Source: Owenia fusiformis
Taxonomy: Eukaryota
Assembly (NCBI GenBank): GCA_903813345.2
Contig: CAIIXF020000001.1
Span: forward strand, 16,740,001-16,804,000
Length of the DNA: 64,000 bases
Direction of reading: 5' to 3'
Under the pieces are notes generated by a model. The model was not told the origin of the DNA. It made no database searches and saw only the letters and a program-made list of their open reading frames with translations. Shown piece after piece: positions 54,301 through 64,000 of this stretch (positions within the stretch are counted from its first letter, which is position 1; each line of letters begins with the position of its first letter). Both the position numbers and the translations under genes were made by a program.

Positions 54301-57300
54301 TTATCATTGGTTGCAACTGGAATGATATATAGGAATTACCATTGGTTGCAACTGGAATGAGATATAGCAATTACTATTGGTTGCAAATGGAATGAGATAT
54401 ATCAATTACCACTGGTTGCAAATGGAATGAATAGCAATTATCATTGGTTGCAACTGGAACGAGATATAGGACTTATCATTAGTTGCAAATGGAATGAGAT
54501 ATAGCAATTCCTATTCATTGTTTGCACCCGGAATGAGAAATCTATTATCTTTTCTCTTTAAATACAAACAACTAGACCATTTCTAATACAGTTCAGTCCA
54601 GGTGATTACCAAATGGCATTGACCCAAGGACTGTTGTGCTAGAGAAATCATCAAACGCATAAATGTCAATCTTGGGTTTACAAATGACAAATGACCAGTG
54701 GTAAGATAGTACAATCTAATATGAAGGTCTATTCTAACTGACAGGTAACATACCCAGGTAATTCAAATTAAAGCAAGGAATAACAAGCCAATAACTTGTA
54801 AAATGTCTCCACCTGTCATTTGTTACAGATGCTGAATGCTGCCCGATGAACACCACCCACAAAAAAAGTCCGAGACTATAACAATATGTAACCACTTCTA
54901 GTACTAAGTTGATGCTAAATATAATAGGGTTTATTGTATATAGTATGTGAAACATCATGAACATATTTTTGCACAAACATCATATAGACATGTATTTCAT
55001 ATATTTCAATTTTGTGATCATAAAATTGAGGTGAATACACAACCCCACTTGCACTATGGTTTACTCATATTAATGTACATCTTATAAAATATCATACTTA
55101 ATACTTTAAACATGAATGCATTTTAGAATAAAAACTTACTGCAAACTATATCAATTTCAATTATCTTAAGAGTATTATAAAGAGTAAGAATTTATAAGCG
55201 AGACAAAATGAAGTTTAAGTACAATCACACTAAATAAACTCATTAAAAAGAACATTTTAGACTGACAGATGATTTTTATGTTATTTTGTGTTAAAATATT
55301 CTGGTGCCAGTCTCTAATGGCATGCATAAGCTGAATAGTGACCATACTTCCAATCTTAAGTTCAGTATTAATATAATTTATGCAACAGGCTCATATCTTT
55401 CATCTATCATTAGCTGCTTGATTTCCCAATTTAGCCACAGCATACATTTTTTCATTTTGTATTGAACTAAATTAAAATTAAACTAAAACTACTGTTGAAA
55501 TAAGTAATTTAACTCATCAAGGTTATAACACAGAATGATGTAATATGACACATAAATGCCACATTTTAAGAATACATACCAAAGGAATCTCCTCCTTCAC
55601 AACAGCAATCATCAGGGCTGAATACTTGGTCAGCAGGACAAGATTGTATAGTCCTGCCTTGCTGGTACTCTGTCTCACTTATAATAGTGTATATGACACC
55701 ATTAATACAGCACTGATCTGAAAGAATGTGTATATTACACTACAGTATTAATATGGCACTGATCTGGAAGAATATTATATTTACTTATAATAGTGTATAT
55801 TACACTATTAATACTACACTGATCTGGAAGAATATTATATTTACTTATAATAGTGTATATGACACCATTAATACAGCACTGATCCGGAAGAATATTACAT
55901 TTACTTATAATAGCATGTATAAAACTATTAATACAGTACTGGTCTGAAAGAATATTATATTTACTTATAATAGCATGCATAAAACTATCAATACAGTACT
56001 GGTCTGAAAGAATATCAAGAATATTATATTTACTTATAATAGCATGTATAAAACTATTAATACAGTACTGGTCTGAAAGAATATTATATTTACTTATAAT
56101 AGCATGTTTAAAACTATTAATACAGTACTGGTCTGAAAGAATATTATATTTACTTATAATAGCATGTATAAAACTATTAATACAGTACTGGTCTGGAAGA
56201 ATATCATATTTACTTATAATAGCATGTATAAAACTATTAATACAGTACTGGTCTGGAAGAATATTATATTTACTTATAATAGTGTATAAAACACCATTAA
56301 TACAGCACTGATTTGAAAGACATATTTGAAGCAGCAAAACACTATGCATAATTGTAATTTATGATTAAACCATCACCCAATAATTAAGAAATATAGACCG
56401 AAGAGCAGGGGTTATATTGTCGAGGGGTGTATTCGACGATATTACAACTGCTCTGAGGTCTATATTATGATTCGAACATGAAAACTCACCAAAATGTCAC
56501 AAATATTTATTATGGTCCGCCATTACAACGGCTCGCCATTATGACGTCACACATTACACGTATTACCAGGGGTTTTGTTCGCGAATATACCCCGGGTGAA
56601 ATGTTGACTTTGTTTACAGTTTATAGAAGGCGTGAATACAGTCATGTTCGAATTGGGTATAAATCAGGACAAATGATAACATGTCTATACAATAACATGT
56701 TTACACCTGTCTTTTAATGCTTCAAATATTTTATTTTTTATTTTCTTGTTGAAACTTATGTGAAATTAATAATGGTTAAAAAATAAAGAAGATTTATCTA
56801 GGATTTAAAAAAGAAAGAACTTTGTACATCTATCATGTTAGGTGTTATCTTTTCTAATAAAAATTGAGATGTTCTTACCAGTAGCCAGATCTACAGGACA
56901 TGTGACCACTGGAGCTGGTTCAACTGGAAAATAACGGAATAATATATAAATATTTAAAGTGTATATGGATTGTTGCTTGGAATATTAGATAATTTATAGT
57001 TTACTGAACATCATTTAAGAAGTTTGGATATCTATGCATCTTTGAAAGTAAAGGTCTCAGTGCCTAAATTTTTGTGCATACCCCCCCCCCCCTCTTGTAC
57101 TAAATTATAAAATTCAATATAAGTTAAGGCATTGCACATGTATATAGTTGCCCATGCCTTAATAATGGAACTTGTCCATCCATGGAGTAACAAATGCAAA
57201 CACCTCAATGAAATACATTTAATATTAAGTCATTTGGTCATGGGACTCTGATAAGTGTTTGACTAACAGAGGTGTTCCCTTTCAAGAGCTGTTTCACCTT

Positions 57301-58256
57301 ACAGGTTTCACTGTATGATATTATGTTCACACATAAAAGAAAACCTCATATGTTCATACCTACATTGCAGTCTTCCTGCGGATTGCATGGAACGGCTACC
57401 CTGGCAGGCCAGTCACAGTTACATATTGCCTGGTTCCACACACTCCCTTTAAAACATGGGGCCTCTCCACCCCGCCCACCTTTAGTCTGGAAATGACAAC
57501 AATCTGACCCTTGCTCAAATGCACATTCTGAAAATAAAATATCATACAAATAACATATTGTTATTTTAGAAATATTAAGAACTTATCATTATTGCTGGCC
57601 TGTCAACTCCCACAATTTGCGTATTTGTCACACATTTGCTGTACAAATTGAAGTCACGCCAATGTCCAGCAAATACACAGTTTTTCTGACCATTGTAAAA
57701 AGCAAAAATATTTCTGGAGAATAAGATAAAAGACACAACGAAACAGAAAAAAATCAACGCCGAAAAAATTTAACGCAGTTCGTTCAGAATTTTCACACAA
57801 ATTGCGTATGTGTCACGCATTTGCTTCGATTCGCTCCCACTCCTTTTTTAAATATTTACATTCACAAAGATGTTTGTACTTCAAAATCTCAAGAAGCAAT
57901 TGAAAAAAGACCATGTGGTTTGCTAAAATAAATGGTATATTCATAACTAAAACATCCAATATACGAACATCAGCTTGAAATATAAAACCTTATATAAAAC
58001 AAAAAAATCTTGAGCTCTGTATTATATCAGAATAATAATTCAAATGTGAAAAAAATACATTTGAAAAACAATGCTGTTAAATGAATATGTAATTATTTGT
58101 TTTTTAATCTACAATACAAAAAAATTCAGAAACATAAAACTACAACTCAAGACTTAATTCTTGGTCACTCTTGTATTTTAACTTACCATTTGCAACACTT
58201 TCCACAGTGTCAACAGCAATACACAGGAACAGCACTAGAACTGCAATTCCACCCAT
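51379..58256 (-). CDS. Secreted chitin-binding (ChtBD2/CBM14-like) + laminin-G/ConA-like domain protein, Pif/LamG3-like (~361 aa, 8 exons)
   Basis: complement join(58187-58256,57360-57527,56879-56923,55580-55717,53836-54106,52717-52861,52326-52425,51379-51527), 1086 nt, all GT-AG and in phase. Signal peptide MGGIAVLVLFLCIAVDTVES; Cys modules PCFKGSVWNQAICNCDW and SCPADQVFSPDDCCC; LamG-like CMYWNFE..FSVAFFVR..IFSNGD..NQWVFITMVYD..MAIDELLIC. Confidence 0.82.
53465..53678. mobile_element. CACTA/CMC-like palindromic MITE with 3-bp TSD, inserted in a HINE-like copy
   Basis: AAG|CACACC..GGAATAGCTTGACAACGGTAAAGTCAGATACC...GGTATCTGACTTTACCATTGTCAGGCTATTCTGGTGTG|AAG. Confidence 0.7.
54107..54540 (-). 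repeat. 35-bp minisatellite (~12 units) ending in the LamG exon acceptor
   Basis: Unit on -: TTGCAACCAATGATAATTGCTATATCTCATTCCAG; CTGG recurs at 54107, 54142, 54177, 54212 and onward. Confidence 0.9.
55678..56320 (-). repeat. 60-bp tandem array (~11 units) derived from an exon acceptor and exon start
   Basis: Unit on -: TATTCTTCCAG ATCAGTGCTGTATTAATGGTGTCATATACACTATTATAA GTAAATATAA. Confidence 0.9.
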
Positions 58257-58818
58257 ATTATATGTACCTAAATGATACACACCTACTTGTAATTGATGGT
58301 ATAGAATATGCCTAAAGCTAGAAACAAGACTTGTGAAGTATATGTATGTATAGTGTGTGGGGATATAAGGTCTTAATATTAAAGGAACACTGACCTATTT
58401 CTTTTTAAATATGTACTTTAAGATGGAATATAAATGGTAGCTTAAATTACATTGTTTATAATGATTCAAGAGATTTTAACAAACTGAAGCATTAATATTA
58501 AAATTATACTTGCTTTTATGTGTTAATTGTTAAGATAAGCTTTTTGAAATCTTCAATTCAATGTGGGAGCTCTCAGAAGTTTTTGCATCATTTAAATATT
58601 GCTTAAATCGAGATCTTCAGTCAAGAGAATATGTAACAAACAGACTCAGTACAAACATATATTTACATCAATATGGTTGAGTATGCTACTCTTTTACTAA
58701 ACCACATCTGTTTTAAAAAGTGTATGAATGAACATTCAAGATATTCACTGTCATTAACATGAACTGTTTTATAATATGCTAACATTCAGAAAATTACCAG
58801 AATGCAACAACAGATTGG

Positions 58819-60820
58819 AACAAGGCATTAACATGACAAAATGTCACCACCTAGTTGCTCACAATATTATGAGTTCAAACTTAAGTCAGATTTGAATTTC
58901 TGAGAACTTGTAAAGTCAAATTTGAACTTCTGAAAAGATGTAGATGATTTTGAATAAAAAATTTGGTCAATTTGAAGCAAGTTGAAAACAGACCTTTTTG
59001 ACCTTTTTTGACCTTGAGAAGGTCATTAAAGGTCAAATGTCAAATCTAAAGTCAGATTTGAATTTCTGAGAACATGTAGATGATTTTGAAAAAAAAATTA
59101 GTCAATTTGAAGCAAGTTGAAAAAAGACCTTTTTGACCTTTTTTGACCTTGAGAAGGTCATTGAAGGTCAAATGTCAAATCTAAAGTCATATTTGAATTT
59201 CTGAGAACATGTAGATGATTTTGAAAAAAAATTTAGTCAATTTGAAGCAAGATGAAAAAATACCTTTTTGACCTTTTTTGACATTGAGAAGGTCATTGAA
59301 GGTCAAATGTCAAATCTAAAGTCAGATTTGAATTTCTGAGAACATGTAGATGATTTTGAAAAAAATTTAGTCAATTTGAAGCAAGTTGAAAAAAGACCTT
59401 TTTGACCTTTTTTGACTTTGAGAAGGTCATTGAAGGTCAAATGTCAAATCTTAAGTCAAATCTAAAGTCAGATTTAAATTTCTGAGAACACGTAGATGAT
59501 TTTTTTGTCAATTTGAAGCAAGTTGAAAACAGACCTTTTCGACCTTTTTTGACCTTGAGAAGGTCATTGAAGGTCAAATGTCAAATCTTAAGTCAAATCT
59601 AAAGTCAGATTTGAATTTCTGAGAACACGTAGATGATTTTGAAAATTTTTTTTAGTCAATTTGAAGCAAGTTGAAAACAGACCTTTTTGACCTTTTTTTG
59701 ACCTTGAGAAGGTCATTGAAGGTCAAATGTCAAATCTTAAGTCAGATTTGAATTTCTGAGAACACGTAGATGATTTTGAAAAAATTTTTTAGTCAATTTG
59801 AAGCAAGTTGAAAACAGACCTTTTTGACCTTTTTTTTACCTTGAGAAGGTCATTGAAGGTCAAATGTCAAATCTTAAGTCAAATCTTAAGTCAGATTTGA
59901 ATTTCTGAGAACACGCAGATGATTTTGAAAAAAAAATTTAGTCAATTTGAAGCAAGTTGAAAACAGACCTTTTTTGACCTTGAGAAGGTCATTGAAGGTC
60001 AAATGTCAAATCTAAAGTCAGATTTGAATTTCTGAGAACATGTAGATGATTTTGAAAAAAAAATTTAGTCAATTTGAAGCAAGTTGAAAAAAGACCTTTT
60101 TGACCTTTTTTGACTTTGAGAAGGTCATTGAAGGTCAAATGTCAAATCTTAAGTCAAATCTAAAGTCAGATTTGAATTTCTGAGAACACGTAGATGATTT
60201 TGAAAAAAATTTTAGTCAATTTGAAGCAAGTTGAAAACAGACCTTTTTGACCTTTTTTGACCTTGAGAAGGTCATTGAAGGTCAAATGTCAAATCTTAAG
60301 TCAGATTTGAATTTCTGAGAACACGTAGATGATTTCGAAAAAAAAATTAGTCAATTTGAAGCAAGTTGAAAACAGACCTTTTTGACCTTTTTTTTACCTT
60401 GAGAAGGTCATTGAAGGTCAAATGTCAAATCTAAAGTCAGATTTGAAGGTCAAATGTCAAATCTAAAGTCAGATTTGAAATTCTGAGAACATGTAGATGA
60501 TTTTGAAAAAAAATTTAGTCAATGTGAAGCAAGTTGAAAAAAGACCTTTTTGACCTTGAGAAGGTCATTGAAGGTCAAATGTCAAATCTAAAGTCTGATT
60601 TGAACTTCTGAGAACATGTAGATGATTTAGAAAAAAATTGAAGTCAGTCTAAACAGAATTTGTTAAGTTATAGGAAGTTGAAAGAAATTGTTACAGACGC
60701 CGGACGCCAACCGCCGGACGCCAACCACCAACCGCCGGACGCCAACCACCAACCGCCGTCGCAAAAAAATGGAGACCATAACAATATGTCACATGTCACC
60801 ACTTTTGGTGGTGACATAAA
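58819..60820 (-). mobile_element. Inverted second copy of the same satellite-carrying HINE-like element (~13 units)
   Basis: Reverse complement of 49782-51268, with the same termini and the same unit variants. Confidence 0.75.
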
Positions 60821-63275
60821 AACATCTATTATACACAAATATTTTCCCTGGCCAAAAATTCTTTCACCATTTTGAGTATTCTGGGCCAAAATTGTCAAAT
60901 GTGAACCCTCCCTGGAATCTTTTGAAAAGTGACCCCCCCCCTGGCAAAAGCTGGCTACAGGCCTGACTTAGTAATATAACCTTTTTTTGATTTTTAAATG
61001 TTTCACCTTCCAATTTTCCAATCACATTATTTATAAATGAACCAGCTATGAACCAGCTATGAACCAACTATGAACCAGTCTCAGGTTTTACATGTCATCC
61101 AGTGCATTAGAGGACAAATGGAACTTGTATGTAAAGAGCCATTTATAATGATCCTCGGGGTTTGAAACACCCAATGATGGTATTTACTACTTAACATTGC
61201 TTCAGTAAATTACTCAGAACCCATTAATATATAGAAAATATACATGTACAAAAGTAAAGTCAGAACAGATTTTTATCAAAATAAATAAGATGATCCAACA
61301 AAACAGAAGCATCATACAGATATGATACTTGATATACCAGTGATCTCCCAAGCATTAAAGCAAGTGGGTGCAGCACCCACCTGAGATTTTAAAAACAGCC
61401 TTGCACTCACCTGAAAATGAGAAAAATCATGAAAAATGGGCATATTTTGACCAAATTCAGTATGAATTGTGAAAATGAGAAGTTTGCACCCACTTGAGAA
61501 AAAATATGTTCAAAAACCGAGATGAAAATTATATAAATGAATAAACGAATATAAATTTTATAAGGCAAGAAATAATTGGAGTAGACTAAGAGTAATTTTT
61601 GTATATAATATCACTATTATACATTTTTTGTGAAAACAGTCAATCATGTCATGCATTTTTAACTGACCAAACAAAAATTTTGACATTAATTGATGATAAT
61701 CCTTTGATTTTAAAGACTATTCAAAATTTCCATACAATCAATTTATACAATTTTGCAATCCTGAAATACAAAATAGCAACACAATTCCAAAAAAGTAAAA
61801 TATATTTGCTCAAATAATTATGGACTTTCCCCCTCTAAATGCATACATGTTAACTTTGTCCACAGCCTATTTTTAGTGATAAAAGTGGTATCATGGTGTC
61901 TGGCTTCCTTATAAGCCACTGTATGAATTCTGGCAATATATCTCTGTGCATAACTGTCACAGACATGTGGACTGAACTCTGCCATGATGACAACTGCAAG
62001 AAATGTGCAATACGGAAGCTAATTTTGACCTTTTAATTGCCCTCAAAATGACCAGAAATTGCTATCTGAATAACATGTACCCACATACTCTGATATATTG
62101 CAACTTTTTTCAGGTAACCCCTTGATTCCGAAACTTTGCAATCTTATGTAACTTTCCACAATGAAGAGAATGGTATTTAACATGATAGGATGGCAATGCT
62201 ACATGTATGAGTTTAGAGGGGGGTGCATACATATGAAACACCCTGTTACGTATACAGTGAAACCTGTCTTAGTGGACACCTCTCTCTTGCAAACACCTGT
62301 ATCTATTGAACATTCCTTCTAAGGACATACTCAACTGACCTCTGTATTAAATCACCTCTCTGTAGTGCACCTACCTACAGTGAACACATGTTTTGTGTTC
62401 ACTGTACATGTAGTTCATTAATGTTCTACTGTACACACTATTTTGTTAAATGTGATACATGACATCATGTCTTCATGTCCATGAATAAGAAATAGGAAGT
62501 AGAAAAATTGAATCTATAATTTGGATGACAATTTGAAATTTCATGCAAAATGTATAGTACTGACACCTTTGTTGCAGGCATACATTTGAAAGATGGAAAT
62601 ACTATAATGCACATCTACTCAATTCTGATTTATCTAACCTTCGGGGTCATGAAAAGAATGAATAGATGGGTGGATCAAGACTTCACTTCCCTGTAAATTG
62701 TTTTAATTTGGTACTATTTAATTTGGCAGATTGGGCTTTAAAAATTTTGGCTGACTGACCCATCAGTAAAATGTGGATATTGGAGGGCTAGATGCAAATG
62801 CCATACCAAACATTATCAATAGTATTACTCACTTCAAAGCACATCACTGATAATGCAATTTTATCTCTCCTGGTATCAGATTACTTTGTATGAACCAGCA
62901 CTGACTCCATAAATCTTTGAAAATAGTTAAAACAGACATTTTATCCATGTTATTCCAGATTTTCACCAAAGTTTAATTGTGCAAGGTAGCACATAGAAAA
63001 GTCGCTGGACAAAAATACCCTGGGGATTTTTTTTAAAAATTGGTGGAGACTTAATTTGGAATTTTATCAATCAGCCAAATTAAAGCCGTAGGGTTATCAA
63101 AATTCCTCAGTTCCTTCTTTTATAACTGTTATAATTTGGATCTACTGTATATTATTAACAATAACATAATATTGTATATTGCTCAATACTTTGATGTCTA
63201 TAATCAATATTTTGGATATTATGCATATGATATACAATACAACAAACTATAGGCCTAGCACTGTAGCCAAATTAT

Positions 63276-63900
63276 CTATGGCAGAGTTCCCGCATCTCTA
63301 AATGCTTCAAGTTGCTCTGTAGTGAGTCCAGTTTCTTGACAGATCAGCAATTCATCTATAGCCATACCAACATCCAATGTTACACCTCCGAATATAAACG
63401 GACACTTACTGGACAGGATTGCACCTAGAATAAATATTAACAATATGTAAATAAATATATTAATAAATTATTAATGAAATAATAAATAAGAATAATGGTA
63501 TAAAATATAATTATCAATGAAAATCATCAACTGAATTAAGTCATCATATTTTGGCCGATTTCTCCAAATCGAGGGAACATTGGGACAAATGAATTGCAGT
63601 TCACTTATTCAAAAATTGACAAGAAGATGGAGAAATGCACCAGACTGAAGGACAAACATACAGATGGACAAGTAATAATTCTACAGGTTCACCATCTAAG
63701 CCCAAAAAACAATTTTACAATCAATGATTTTCAAAATTATCAAAAATACCCCTATCTCGCTGAATTGGCCTTAGTCGTATAACCCCAGGGGAACTCCTAC
63801 CATCAAAGGTCTGTTCAATTTCTTCATCCCCAGCTGTAAACTTCAACTTATTGTTGTCATAGACCATTGTTATGAACACCCATTCATTCTCATCAACCAA
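63276..63900 (-). CDS. Last two exons of a tandem paralogue of the chitin-binding/LamG gene (5' part beyond the window)
   Basis: complement join(63801-63900,63276-63424), the same 100 and 149 nt exon sizes as the paralogue: LVDENEWVFITMVYDNNKLKFTAGDEEIEQTFD-GAILSSKCPFIFGGVTLDVGMAIDELLICQETGLTTEQLEAFRDAGTLP*. Confidence 0.85.
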
Positions 63901-64000
63901 CTAGAAACAATCAAACAATTTAAACAAGGTATTAACATGCAAAATGTCACCACCTGATTATAGACACCGATTTGTTACATACGCCAAACTCTGAACGCCG

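Noticed and set aside
54107-54540. CRISPR-like regular 35-bp repeats (also 46260-46532)
   Set aside because: Head-to-tail units with no unique spacers, no cas genes, and eukaryotic context.
55735-56349. 204-aa Cys-repeat ORF as an independent gene
   Set aside because: Produced by the 60-bp tandem repeat; it has no signal peptide and stops before, and out of frame with, the real exon.
62826-62930. Possible 5'UTR exon of the chitin-binding/LamG gene (donor GAA|GTGAGT on -)
   Set aside because: Supported only by a donor motif; cannot be confirmed without transcripts.

Overview
AT-rich, intron-rich animal genomic DNA, probably lophotrochozoan and mollusc-like (inferred from the chitin-binding+LamG genes and repeat types; species not determinable). 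Genes: (1) a complete 17-exon AMPK catalytic alpha gene on + (562-40396, ~545 aa); (2) a spliced insulin/relaxin-superfamily prepropeptide gene nested on the same strand in AMPK intron 15 (37259-37936, probable upstream exon ending 35760), with an atypical 8-cysteine pattern and an acceptor in frame with AMPK exon 15; (3) a 3-coding-exon SLC10 transporter on - (43301-45816); (4) an 8-exon secreted chitin-binding+LamG (Pif/LamG3-like) gene on - (51379-58256), plus the last two exons of a tandem paralogue (63276-63900). Introns hold many non-autonomous DNA elements: an 8.6-kb Kolobok-type element, two CAC-ended elements with 5-bp TSDs (Transib/RAG-like signature), Tc1/mariner and CACTA-like MITEs, HINE-like satellite carriers and four 'hairpin + inverted-repeat' elements. 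Tandem duplications repeatedly copy splice sites or the stop/polyA boundary. All gene models were read by eye from GT-AG boundaries and frame continuity, with no transcript evidence.
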